From assembly GCA_951406725.2 (NCBI GenBank), contig OX597831.1:12462001-12526000 (forward strand): a DNA stretch of 64,000 bases, in the 5' to 3' direction. This document shows positions 13,040 to 25,900 of the stretch, piece by piece. The position numbers and the translations under genes are program-made. Below the pieces are notes generated by a model. That model was not told the DNA's origin. It saw nothing but the letters and a program-made list of their open reading frames with translations, and did not search any database. Position 1 is the first letter of the stretch, and every line of letters begins with the position of its first letter. This stretch comes from Octopus vulgaris (taxonomy: Eukaryota).

Positions 13040-13482
13040 TCACCAATGGTGTTTTGATACCCACGTTTCCAAGCTTGCTTGGGTCAGATGGAATATTGTT
13101 GAAGTGTGTTTTCTACAGCCAGAGACTCTACATGTCACCAACTTTAACCTGTTTCCAAGTAATATTTCTCCATGATCAGACATGCTTTACACGGAAGAGT
13201 GGGACCAAAGGACATCACTTGCATGATGGAAACATTTGATTCCAACTCTCATGCGATATCTTGGTAAAGAAACAGTAACAAACATGCACACACACAACCC
13301 CGCATGTACATACACACACACAATGGCCTTCTCTCAGTTTCCATCTACAAAATCTACTCACAAGGTTTTGGTTAGTCCAGGGCTACATAAGAAGACATTT
13401 TTCGGAAGTATCATGCAGTGGGATTGAATCCAGAACCTTGTGGTTGGGGAGCAAACTTCTTACCACACAGCCACACCTGCAC
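13040..13482 (-). mobile_element. Family B SINE head with RTE-type 3' tail (related copies 17543-18100 -, 41195-41630 +, 54025-54415 +; tail-only at ~19.93 and ~48.83 kb)
   Basis: Same head as family B, but after the microsatellite carries a different body ending in the AGCATGGAAAA..GGAC.TTAAA.(GAT)n type tail shared with the RTE LINE 3' end. Confidence 0.75.
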
Positions 13483-14367
13483 TTATATGAAACATAAATG
13501 CTGCAGATTATCAGGTGCAACCGACAAGCCATAAATAATCCTTTCTACTTTAGGCACAAAACCTGAATTTGGTGGGGAAGGGAACAAGCCTAGTGCAGAA
13601 CTGGTACTTATTTTAATCGACCCCACCACCAAAAAAAAAAAAAAAAAAAGCTGAAAGGCAAAAGTCAACATTGGTAGAATTTGAACCCAGATGGTACAGA
13701 CAGATGAAAGGTCACAAAACATTTTGTCTGGCATGGTTTTAGATTTAGGCAAAGTAGAAGGCCAGCAATTCTAGTGGGTGAGGGTCAGTTCATTATATCA
13801 ACCGAGTATTTGAATGGTACTTGATTTTATCCATCCTCAAAGGATGAAAGTTAACGTGGGCAGCATTTGAATTCAAATAGTAAATAGCTGGAAGAAATAC
13901 TGTAAAGCAATTATCCTGAGGCTGTAACAATTCAGCCGGTTTAACACCTTGGATAAGCAATGTACATTGTGGTATTTGGCGAATTACAAGAATGAAGAAA
14001 ATTAATGTTTATCGCAGGATCACTGAAACTCTGAAAAGAAAGAAAGCTAAAACTATTAACTTTTTCTTCGATGACTGATTTCAGTTACTACAGATATGGC
14101 CATGGTGGGGCAACACCTGGAAGTGTTATAGTTAGTAATATTGATCTCAGTACTTATTTCAGTCTGGTGCTTGTGTTATTGATCTCTATTGATCAAATCA
14201 TTAAGATTTACCTTTTTGGCATAAAGTGACGTAATTCCAAACATCGATTTATACAGATATACACAAACTTATATATAAGTGTGTGCGTGAGAGTCTGTGT
14301 GTTTATGTATGTATGTATGTGTATGTGTGTGTGTGTGTATGCATGTATGTATGTGTGTGTGTATGTA

Positions 14368-14418
14368 TATGAAGATGAGCTAAAAAGTTCATAGGCTGAC
14401 TATGAAGGAGTGATATAG

Positions 14419-14451
<33 letters not shown>

Positions 14452-15330
14452 TGTATGCATGTGTGTGTGTATGTATATGAAGGTGAGCTAAAAAGTTCAT
14501 AGGTTGACTATGAAGGAGAGATGCTACTACTGTGAAATCTTGCATGCATTAATTTCAACTCTTCTTATTAATAACTGCACTTTCCAGGCAAACTGATACC
14601 TAACTATTCAAAGAAGATTTCAAAAGTAACTATTAGCAACTTCTCTTGAAAATGGACAAAATCTGACATTGTGGTGTTTTCAAGTACCCAAAGAAAAAGG
14701 GTTTTGCCCCCAAGGACATTCATGCTGACATGATTGTTACATTAAAGGATGAGGCTCCAGCTTCATTAAAAGTGCAAAAGCGAGCAGATGAATTTAAGAG
14801 GGGAACAGAGAGTCTTGGAAACACATCCAAGGCCTGGATGTCTTGCAACTGCCACAACTGAGTTAAACATTGATCATGTTCACCACAGACAAGTGACTGA
14901 CTATAAATCAAATTGCCATGCTTTTAGCAGATCCTGTGAGAGAGTTGAGAAGATTCTACACAATGAACTTGGCACAACGAAGGTTTCTGCTCGGTGGGTG
15001 CCACGTCTTCTGAGACCTGATTAAAAGCACACAGGCTGATCACATCATGAGAAAATCTGACATTGTTTGAGGCAGATCCAGCTAGTTTCCTTGAACATTT
15101 CCTAATCTAAGATGAGTGCTGATTTCATCATTTTGAGCCACAGACAAAGAGATAATCCATGCAGTGGAAACACCTCCTCCTCACCTGCTCAAAAGAAGGT
15201 CAAGGGAAGGTGATGGCTTCACTATTAATGGAGAGTGCTATGCTAACTTGCTGAGACAGTTACAAAAGGCTTTCAAAGCCAAGCAACCAGGACAACTGAT
15301 GAAAGGGTCTTGTTTCATCAATTCCAGCAT
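14368..15330 (+). mobile_element. Decayed, internally deleted mariner transposon
   Basis: From ATG at 14652: MDKI*HCGVFKY..KGFAPKDIHADM...EFKRG; KVSARWVPRLL (mariner WVPxxL motif); DEC*FHHFEPQTKR*SMQWKH; TINGECYANLL. Contains stops and frameshifts. The TIR-like end is duplicated at ~14368 and ~14475. Confidence 0.9.
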
Positions 15331-15773
15331 TATGATTTACAACAGACCAAAACCTCAATCTAAATTTCCTTAAAATTATAAGTTCATGGTTTTGATTCCC
15401 GGAGTGGACAGTGCATTGTGTTTTTGAGCGAAAACATTTCACTTCAGATTGCTCCAGTCCAATCAGCTGTAAATGAGTTCCACCAAAGCCAGGAAGTTAA
15501 CCTTGTGACGGATTGGCAACCCATTCAAAGGGAGAGAGTGTTGTAAAGTCAGTGACTCCTATGACAAGGAAGCCTCACTATGCTCCAGCCGTAGGAGTCC
15601 TCGGATACATGATAGACCTACATCATAACAAGATTATCTCAGCTAGGACTCCTGTGATCATGGATCGGCTCTGTCAAGGACAACCTGGGGCTAAACAACA
15701 ATAATAACAAATATTAATTAGAGAAGAACTTTGTGTTGATTAATTTTTTCCTCTCTGTATTTCTTAAGTAATT

Positions 15774-15774
<1 letters not shown>

Positions 15775-15818
<44 letters not shown>

Positions 15819-15843
15819 GTAGTAGTAGTAGTAGTAGTATTAA
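15775..15843. repeat. (ATT)n(AGT)n microsatellite
   Basis: Directly visible. Precedes a family A SINE. Confidence 0.95.
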
Positions 15844-18800
15844 TAAGGTGGCGTGCTGCTGGCAGAATTGTTAGCATGCTGGATGAATTGCTTCACAGTA
15901 TTTTTTCTGTTGCAACATTCTGAGTTCAAATTCCACCATGGTTGACTTTGTCTTTCATCCTTTCGGGGTCGATTAAATAAGTACCAGTTATGCACTGGAG
16001 TCAATGTAATCAACTTAATCCCTTCCCACAAATTCGAGGCCTTGTGCTTCCAGTAGAAAAAAACTATTATTATTATTATTATTATTATCAGTAGTAGTAG
16101 TAATATTAGTATTAATACGGTGGCAAGGTGGTAGAATTGTTAGCACACTGGATGAAATGCTTAACAGTATTTTTCTTGTCACTACATTCTGAGATCAAAT
16201 TCCACCAAGGTCAACTTTACATTTCATCCTTTTCAAGTCAATAAATTAAATAGCAGTGAAACACAGGGGTCGATGCAATCAAGTAGCCTCCTCCCACAAA
16301 ATTTCAGGTCCTGTGCCGATAGCAGAAAGGATTATTATTATTATTTGTACTTGTAATAATACAGCCATAAACAACAAAAGAGGTTAAGATGCTACACGTA
16401 GGTGGCTCTAGAATAAACTGTGCTTTATAAATGACTCTAAACTGAAGTGATAGCACTTCATTTATTGATGCTTTTTTTAGCAAGGAACAAACCAGAACTA
16501 ATCACATAAGGGGGAAACAGCCTCTCTACCCTGCCCCCCTCCTACACCCACCCCACCCCCCGTTGCATGTTCTTTCACTGGAGATTTGTGTTCTTGATTT
16601 AATAATGATACTAACATGGGTTTCTCTCTGCTTCAGTCAATACTTGACAATTTACGGAAGAGATAATTAGGCATTAGCATTCTCACTTGAAAAGCTGATA
16701 CAGTGACAACAAAAATAGCAATCAAAGTAACTCAGTGATGACTAATTTTAGCTTTTCACTTACAAAATTTAATAGTGAGAGAGAGAAAGAGAAAGAAAAA
16801 GAAAGAAAGAAAGGGAGAGAGAAAGAGAGAGAGAGAGTTGGTAGTTGTGTACCAATATATATATATATATATATATATAAAGAGAATGAGACTTGAAGCC
16901 AACATATATAGTCAGTGAAGATAACACCATTTGTAAGTGGGTTGAGCTCATTAAAGAAAAGTAGACGTTGGTGAAAGGGAGAAAGATAAGAAGCAAAATA
17001 AAAAGAAAGAAATAGAAAGAGAAGAGAGAATGAGAGAGGGTGAGAGTGAGAGAGAGAGATGGTGATATTACATAACAAGAGCCCAGTAGTATCCTGCAAG
17101 TACTGCAGTTCTCTCAAGAAGTGCTAGGATTGGTGTGAAGACAACATAACATAATGATGAAAGTAAAGCACATCGTCCCCTTTTGGGGGCAACTACCAAA
17201 TTTAGCCATCTACTTAACTTTGACCTTCTTGGCATCATTTCACCTTCCTCTTTTCCCCCATTATTTCCCTTCTTCACTGCTCTATCCCTTTACTTTTAGA
17301 GTGAAGCAATGTCTAACAATAAAGTTTATTCAAACCCTTCCCTTTATAATATGAACTCTCACCCACCACCCATCACTTAGAGCAATTCATTCAATCTACC
17401 TCTCCTTCCCCACCCATTACTCCAAAGCTTCTCAAACATTTTCTCAACTATCACCTACCCCCATTTTTTCCCCCACTAATTCTTTCTCAATAGTCTCTTC
17501 CTATAATTCCTTAAAATAAAAATGTAGCACTTGCAAATCATTATCATCATAATCATTTTGATGTCCAGTTTTCCATGTTTGCATGGGTCAAATGGAGTTT
17601 ACTGAGGCAGTTTTTCTATAGCCAGATGCCCTTCCTAACACCAACCCTCACTTGTTTTCAAGAAGCAAGGTAATATTTTCCCATGGCCAAACATGTTTTT
17701 GCAATATATTGAAAATGAAAGACACTGCTTGTATGACAGTGACAATCCTTTACAGCTCTCATGCAATGCCAAGGCAAAGAGACGCAAACATGCATGCATG
17801 TAACCATATATGTGTGTGTATGTGGGTGTATGTATGTGTGTGTGTACGTGTCAAACTGTCCAACCCGTGCCAGCATGGACAACGACCGCTAAATGATGAT
17901 GATGATCACACACACACACACACACACACGCAGAGTAGGTTTCTTTTCAGTTTTTGTCTACAAAACCGACTCACAAGGCTTTGGTCAGTGATAGGCCTGA
18001 GGACTATAATCGAAGAACACTTTCTCAAGGTGCTACAAAGTGGAACTGAACTAGAAACCATCTAGTCTGGAAGTAAACTTCTTACCACACAGTCATGCCA
18101 CATATATACATACATACATACATATATATATATACATTTTTAGGACATTGTTATGGCTGGTCATAGAGTGACAATTGGCTTTGTACCTATAAAGTGGCTA
18201 GCAGTATAGGGAAGATCCATCTCCCGCACACACACAAATATATAATATATATATATATAATATATAATATATAAATATATATATATGCAATAATTATGAT
18301 GATAGAGAATATGGAGACTGGTACATTCTCAAAATTGATTTCATTTTATTTTACAATGCCATACATCATATCTTTATGGCTATGACAACCTACACATGTT
18401 TATGTAACCCGAAACATAACTGAGAGCTACCATGGTATCCACCAAGTTAATATATCCCTCTAAGCTCACACACGTGCACATACACACATGCACACACACA
18501 TGTGTGTACACTTCTGGTTCCATCATATATTCAGTCTGGACTCCGAAAAATGGCAAGACAGTATTTGAAACAGTTGTACATCAAGAAGGAATCCCATGGC
18601 TAGTAAAAGAAATATTGACTCTGTACCTATAACACATTGAGTACTTTATGAGCCATGATCTACTTGATCAACAATCAAGATATACAGTTAATATATAAAC
18701 ACACACACACATTTATACATATAATGCTATTACAAACACAACCAAATTATATGTGCACGTTTTTGTTTTAAATGCCTACGAGGACTCTAGCACAATGCAA

Positions 18801-19614
18801 TTACTTTCATAAAACTGCATCAAAAAAAGTATTAAATTTGATAGTTTCAAAATATTTATTTTTTTCTGAATAAAAGAATATGCTGAAATGAATAAAAATT
18901 GTATGGAATGTATGATAATATGAAAAATAATATCTGTTTTTAATATGTGTTTTTAAAAGTAAGTTGATATATGAGAAGATAAGAAAGAATTTAAATGTAA
19001 TTAATGATAGGTATCATAGAATATAACACTAAAGGCATTGAACATAAAATTTCCTAAGTTTTTGCAATATATATTTATTGTAAACAAACATCATCATCAT
19101 CATCATCATACATGGTAGCATTGTTTCTTCTATAAACGTATACATATTCAGACACATTCATATTTGAGGAACCAATGAGAAAGCCTCTGCATAGATATTT
19201 AACAAGCAAGAAATAGCAGCTACATCTTCTTCAAATCATAGCCTAATAATATCTTAAGCAAGTGAAGGAGAGTTTAGATAACATAGCCCTACAAATAAAT
19301 TAAGTCAGGATGTAGGAGAGAAAAAGTTGTTCATTCACAAATGGGAGGCTTTTAATCATATCATAGATTTACTCATGTAGATGTGACTTGAGACTAAGCA
19401 TCTACAAAAACATTAACCATTTAATGACAGTTGAGTAAAGAATCCAAGTGGTAGAAGCCAGTAAAACAGGAAAGCAGAGGGAGAAATTGGCAAATGGTGA
19501 AGTCTGAACCTAGTATGTTGGATCTCATGAAGGAAGTCACTATATAACCACCAAGGTACTGTCACTCCATCAATTAGGATGCTGAGGGTTCCAGTTGAAG
19601 TGATCAACAGAGAA

Positions 19615-19840
19615 GCCAGTTTGTGAAATTAATGTGTAAGTGGCTGAGCATTCCTCAGACATACATAACTTTAATGTAGTTCACAGGGAGATTCAGTGTG
19701 ATACAGAATGTGACAAGGCTGGCCCTTTGAAATACAGGCACTACACATTTTTGCCAGCCGAGTGGACTGGGGCAATGTGAAATGGAGTGTCTTGCTCAAG
19801 GACACAATTTGCCACCGGTTTTCAAATTCATGACCTTAGT
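19615..19840 (-). mobile_element. SINE sharing the family D 3' body but with a different head
   Basis: 19623-19738 aligns to 42645-42760 (GTGAAATTAA.GTGTAAGTGGCTGAGCA...GGCCCTTTGAAATACAGG), then diverges into CTTGCTCAAGGACAC. Confidence 0.7.
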
Positions 19841-20576
19841 GTCCAAGGTACTGTAACAAGTAGAAATATACTGTACTGAAGCAGACTGGCACAACTTCCT
19901 CTTCTTCCTCTGTTGGCAGTAGCTTCTTCATCATTTTAATGTCGAATTTTTCCACCGTTTCATGGGTCATATGGAATTCGATGAGGCAAGATTTCTATGG
20001 CCAGATGTTCTCTCCGTCACAAACCCTCACCTGTTTCCAAACAGAGTAATACTTCCCCATGATAGGACATGTTTTTGTAGAAGATTGGAAATGGAAATGC
20101 ACACCACTTGTATGACAGGGATACTTGTTAACAACTATCATCTGATGCTGAGAAGGAAGATACCAATACACACACACACACACCACCACCACCACCACCA
20201 CTTCTTTTTCAGGAATATATACAGCCATGATGTCAATGCATCCTCTTTTTATAGACCGTAGTGTGTAATTTTGAGTCTCTCATTGGCTCACAGAAGATGT
20301 ATGTTTTTGATACGAATTGGATTTCTTATTGATGTTGAGGTAATAATGGTTTTAAATTTTGACACAAGGCCAGCAATTTTGGGGGAGGGGATAAGTTGAT
20401 TACATCAACCCCAATACTCAACTGGTACTTATTTTATCGACCTTGAGAGGATGAAAGGCAAAGTCAACCACAGTGGAATTTGAACACAATGCAAATCGAA
20501 TGAAATGCTGCTACGCATTTTGCCTGGCCTGCTAACGATTCTGTTAGCTCATTGCCTTATGCTGAGGTAATATTAA

Positions 20577-20816
20577 CCCATTCATGCCGATCATCTGTTT
20601 AAACTGACAATTTATAAGGGTATAAAACAAAATACTTGATAGAAGTTGTGGTTTGTGTATGATCTGTATTAAAGAATGAAACATGTTCTTAATGCGTATG
20701 CAGTCTGGTTGAACAAACGCTTCATCCATAACATGTAACAACCACAATTGTGCAACATGGTAAGTACAAACTGGATGCGCAATTTTATTCACTAGAAAAA
20801 TTTCGGCACAAATGGG
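20577..20816. mobile_element. piggyBac-like MITE
   Basis: TTAA at 20573-20576 and 20817-20820. TIRs CCCATTCATGCCGA / TCGGCACAAATGGG (12 of 14 complementary). Confidence 0.85.
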
Positions 20817-20849
20817 TTAAGATCAATAAGATCTATTTTATATTAGAAT

Positions 20850-21229
20850 GGAGGTGCGATGGCCCAGTGGTTAAGGCAGCGGACTCACGGTTGTAGGATC
20901 ACGGTTTGGATTCCCAGGGTGGGTGTTGTGAGTGTTTATTGAGCGAAAACACCTAAAGCTCTACGAGGCTCCAGCAGGGGTCAGTGGCGAACCCTGCTGT
21001 ACTCTTTCATCACAACTTTCTCTCACTCTTTCTTCCTGTTTCTGTTGTACCTGTATTTCAAAGGGCCAGCCTTGTCACACTCTGTGTCATGCTGATTCTT
21101 TCCGAGAACTATGTCAATGGTACCCGTGTCTGTAGAGTACTCAGCTACTGGCACACTAATTTCATGAGCAAGCTGTTCCATTGGTTGGATCAACTGGACC
21201 CTCGTCGTCGTAACTGATGGAGTGCCACG
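20850..21229 (+). mobile_element. Full-length tRNA-derived SINE family D
   Basis: Box A TGGCCCAGTGG and box B GGTTTGGATTCCC. Direct repeat ATTTTATATT at 20835-20844 and 21230-21239. Aligns end to end with the copy at 42576-42960. Confidence 0.9.
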
Positions 21230-21325
21230 ATTTTATATTGGTACTGAATAACTCAAGTCTAATGTCAAAACTAACATTAGATAGAGTTTCTTTGTAAAAA
21301 GAAAAAAAAAGCTTATACCACTTAC

Positions 21326-21431
21326 CGACCAATCGATAGTTGAGCGCAGATCCCGTTTTCGGTAACCATGATCAGCATGGTTAGGATGTAAATAATTGGT
21401 ATGACTGAAGTTGCTCTTTGAAATTGCTTTC
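21326..21431 (-). CDS. DGKZ: Internal coding exon of a type IV diacylglycerol kinase (DGKZ/DGKI, rdgA-like), region just N-terminal to the first C1 domain
   Basis: Acceptor tttgtcttttacag and donor TCG|gtaagt; 106 nt. Translates (R)KAISKSNFSHTNYLHPNHADHGYRKRDLRSTIDWS. Both ends match my recollection of vertebrate DGKZ/DGKI (RKAI[T/S]K...IRSTVDWS). The symbol denotes the family, not one-to-one orthology. Confidence 0.88.
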
Positions 21432-22888
21432 CTGTAAAAGACAAATTATCAAAAGAATAATTACTCATTGATGAATGAAAAACAAAAAAATGTAATATAC
21501 ATTATTAGTTAACGAGAAGAGAAGTAATCAAGTTAATATCAAAATATAGTAATTAGTACAAATGATAGCTTCAATAGAGAAAGTCACCTGTGAAGTTAAA
21601 CAGCAAACCAAGTTCCAAAGATGAGATGAATCATCATAAAATGTTGGAAAATAAATTTCTTTTGATATAAAATGTACGTAACAAACACTTGTTGTTTGAA
21701 AGGTCTGTGTAGTGAAAATAAAAATGTATTTATTGAGAGAGATGATCAAATAGTTGATAGGAGGAGAAGCTTTTGATACATAAAATCCAAGAGAGATTAG
21801 CTCGGAATGGAATCCTTATGAAACACAATACTTGTGATTGTGTTAATATACTTAATAAAGAAGTGAAGTGGTAGAGTAATTAGAATGTGTGTAAAATTTG
21901 ATTAGATGTAATCTATTATTTAGTTTAATGCAATTCTGTGACCCTTGGAACATACTTAGTAGCAAACACCTAAATCCGATCTCCAGTTTGGGGAGAACTT
22001 TGTCATTTCCTCTGACCAGTCTCAGAGAACCTGAAAAAGTGTCACAAGCCCTGCCCTTCTTCCTCGGAGTAAGACATAAAAAACAAAAAAACAAAAAGAA
22101 AGCAAAACAAAAAAATAGTTATATTTATTAATTGACATTTGCACTATTAGATATGCTAGTAAATTGGCACTCAGTCACCTGTTAGGCGCATAAAGACTAT
22201 GGTAATCAGTAGCAGTTACACGGCAGAAAGACTTTTTTTTCTTCTTTTCTTCTTGAAATTCTTAAGCATAGAATTATTTAAAATGATATTAGAAAGACAG
22301 TCTCTAGTACCAGACAGACATCATATAGAGCTGCAGTATTGTAAAGGTGGCAGAGGAGGATTTACTAAAAGTGCTTTAAATATCACAGAGAAGAGTTGGG
22401 GGGGTCACAATCAAAACTGTCTATTGATCCCTTTTATGACTGCAATCCTAATGAACTATACTGCAAATATGCTCAAGTTTATTTTGGAAATAATCAAAAA
22501 TTTAGATGTTAATTGAATTTTTCTTTAACAGAATTGGTAGAATTTTTAGAGAACAGGGTAAAATGCCTTATGGTATTTGTTCCAACTCTCTGCATGATAA
22601 GTTCAAACTCCACCGAGGCAAACTTTACCTTTCACTATTTCAGGATTAATAAAAAATCAAGGGCACTGGATTGGCAGAACTATTAGAGGATCAAGTGATA
22701 TGGTTTTGTAGATATTGGTTCTGTTTCTTTGTGTTATGGCAGTGAAGTCTGCAACAACAGACTGCCAGTCTATCAGAAAAGGTCATGCCCAGGCTTGCAC
22801 ATACATACGTACATTTAAATGGCCAACATAAACCAACAGAGCACCTTGCCGCTATCATTAAAAAGCTGGCATTTGGAATGTAACTTAC

Positions 22889-22973
22889 CTAAAATTATTA
22901 TCGAAAGCTTTAATATCAAAATCAGGCAGCTTTGTATCAAAATCAAATATGTTGGTCTCAAAAGTGTTAAACA
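22889..22973 (-). CDS. Candidate upstream (possibly alternative) exon of the DGK gene
   Basis: Acceptor ttttttttctgtcag and consensus donor AG|gtaagt; 85 nt. Open as xTG-FNTFETNIFDFDTKLPDFDIKAFDNNF-AG, whose terminal AG completes the Arg codon of the 21431 exon. No homology recognised. Confidence 0.55.
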
Positions 22974-25900
22974 CTGACAGAAAAAAAATTTGCAAATAAA
23001 ACAGGATTTTAATCAGGTTAAATGAATATTAAGATCCACCAACATGATTTCCTAAGTATTGTTATTTAATTATACTTTTACATATAAATGAATGAAGTTG
23101 AAGTGAACTTCATATTCACAAGTCTTAATTTCTGTGTTTATATGTATACTTTTTGGTGTATTTGTGTGCAATAATAACTAAACTGAATTAAACAGAATTT
23201 TAAATTGATCAATTCTGTCTCATAAAATGCTTAGTGCATGTGACACATAATTGTATGAGCCACTTTATCAGCTAGAAATAGCAGCTAAATGCTCCCCAAG
23301 TCACGCTTTACTACCTCAGAACACATTGTTCAATGTGGTCAACATGCAATAGGATGGGAAGGTCTCCAGTCTCCTATTAGAATTCCATTCACACGTAGGA
23401 TGCTTTATGAGAACAGCAAATACATACGGATTAGTGAGCTGGGGCATTATATTGTCTACTGCAAAAGGATGAAAGGTAAAGTTGATATTATCGGGACCTG
23501 AATTCATAAATGGAAAAGGGTGTAACTAAATACCACAGGTATTTCGACAGACACAATAAGGATTCTGTTGACTTACTGCCTAAGGTAACATGGTCGTGGC
23601 TGGAATGTCATTGATCATAGGTCTGCATGATGCGGAGCTAAGCTTGGGATAAACAACAACATCATTGGAAAATCTTATATATATACATTAAATTTCCAAT
23701 GATTTCTTAAAATTGAAGAAAATCTAAAATCTGAGGCTGACAGGATGCCACCGATCTGATATAAAGCAACGATGAAGCTCCTACTTATTTGTTCAACATG
23801 TTAGAAATAAGCTCAACGTTTCCACAAATTCATCTGTATTTAAAAATTTTTATTGTAAAGGACACATCCTTTATAGTTCTAATTTTGACCCCCTAGAAGA
23901 AAGAAAAACAGGATGATCACAGAACAAATTTAATTGCCATAACTGGTGACTTTGGACTAAACCAATATACCGATAACGTTACTTATAAACATCAGAACCT
24001 GATAGACTAGGTATAATAACAGAAATAATTCTTTCTAATTTCTAATAATAATAATAATGGTTTCAAATTTTGACACAAGGCCAGCAAGTTCGGGGGTGGG
24101 GAGGGCAAGATGATTACATTAACCACAGTGCTTAACTGAGTACTCATTTTGTTGAGCCCAAAAGGATGAAATGCAAAGTCAACCTCAGTGGAATTTGAAC
24201 TCAGATTGTAAGGATGGTTAAAATACTGCTAAGCATTCTGGCTTGGTGTGTTAATAATTCTGCTAGCTCAGCACCACCACCACCACCACAAGAAGAAGAT
24301 GAAGAAGAAGCAGCAGCAGCAGCTATCAGTCTTCATAAACAGTATCAACCATTACTAGAAACAATTTGAGACATGAAAGAGGAAGCTGTCTGAAACGATG
24401 GGATCTGAACAACATGTCTTTTGCTTGTTGAGAAATTGTGTGATGGATTGCACTACAGGACCTGCCAATCCTTCCATCTCAAAGCTATGTACTTTTATGC
24501 CGTTTTTCTGCTTTTTATTGATTTATTTAGTTTTGGTATTATACTTGTCTAGCAAGTGACTTGATCCGAGACAGTGCGTTGGATGTAAAGCAACTATATC
24601 ATAGAAGAGCCATTTAATATGAGAGAAAGCTGTTAAATACCGTTTAAATTAAATTCATTTCATGTGGCTTTAAAATTTAAATTTAGTTGATGAGGTGTTG
24701 GAAATTTTCATAGCGTGACTGTGACCTGGTCACTGATACACTTTCAAGGTTTATGCATTATTAAATGGTGCTTCCACGATGCGGCTGCTGTTGCTATTTT
24801 ATTTTTATCAGTGAAATTTTATGAAGACCTCAATTAGCATCAAAATAAATAATAAAACTATAAAGGCAGACTTGAGTTAAGTATGTGATTATGGAAGGAT
24901 TGAAAGACATCATGTTTGAAATAGGTAACATGACTACTCAGTGAACAATAGATAAGCAGTTTCAATCCCATCAGTAGTTGGGATTTTATTTTTGGTTTCA
25001 GAATGGGTCTTCTAATGATTAATATAATCTTGCATTGAAAATTTTAGATGTCATTTCATTCAAAACATTCACACTTTCTCAATCAATGTACTGAATAAAT
25101 GTACTACATATATAAAGTGTATTTAGGTACTGGCATGTTTGAGTGGTAAGAAGTTTACTTCACAACCACACAGTTCCAGATTCAGATCCACTAGATGGCA
25201 TGTTGGGCATGTCTCTTCTACTATAGCCCTAGGCCAACCAAAAACTTGTGAGTGAATTTGGTAGATAGAAACTGAAAGAAGCATGTTGTATATCTATATA
25301 TGTGTGCGTCCTGCTACCACTTGAAAACTGGTGTTGGTTTGTTTACATCCCTGTAATCAAGCGGTTCAGCAAAAGAGATTGATAAAACAAGTAACAGACT
25401 TAAAAAAGAAAGTATGGGGTCGATTTGTTCAACTAAAAGCTCTTTATAGCCGTAGCCTAATGAGTGAAACAAAGAAAGATAAAAGATTAGTTTCAGTATT
25501 CTACAAAGTAAGGAACTGGCAAAATCATTAGCAGCATTTCATCTGTCTTTACATGCCAAGTTCAAATTCTGCTGAGGCTGACTGCCTTTCATCCTTTTGA
25601 GGTCGATAAAATGAGCACCAATTATGCATTAGGGTCAATGTAATCAACTTAACCCCTCCTCTGGAATTGCTGGCCTTGAGCCAAAATTTGAAATCATTCT
25701 ACATCTTTTCAGTCCAAAGATTCCTCTGATCCTCATAAATTCCGTCAAGATTCTGTGTGGTAAGAAGTTTTTCTCACAACATGGTTCCAGGTTCAATCCC
25801 ACTGCATGCTACTTTGGGCAAGTCTCTTCTACCATAGACCTAGACCAACCAAAGCTATGTGAGTGGATTTGGTAGAAAGAAATTAAAAGAATCCTGTTGT

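Noticed and set aside
15775-16345. Idea that family A SINEs are mobilised by the Dong-like LINE because both sit in AAT repeats
   Set aside because: The SINE sense strand ends in (ATT)n while the LINE sense strand ends in (AAT)n, and I see no shared 3' sequence.
20850-20925. tRNA-like sequence (also 42885-42960)
   Set aside because: It is the head of a TSD-flanked SINE with no complete acceptor stem, so not a tRNA gene.
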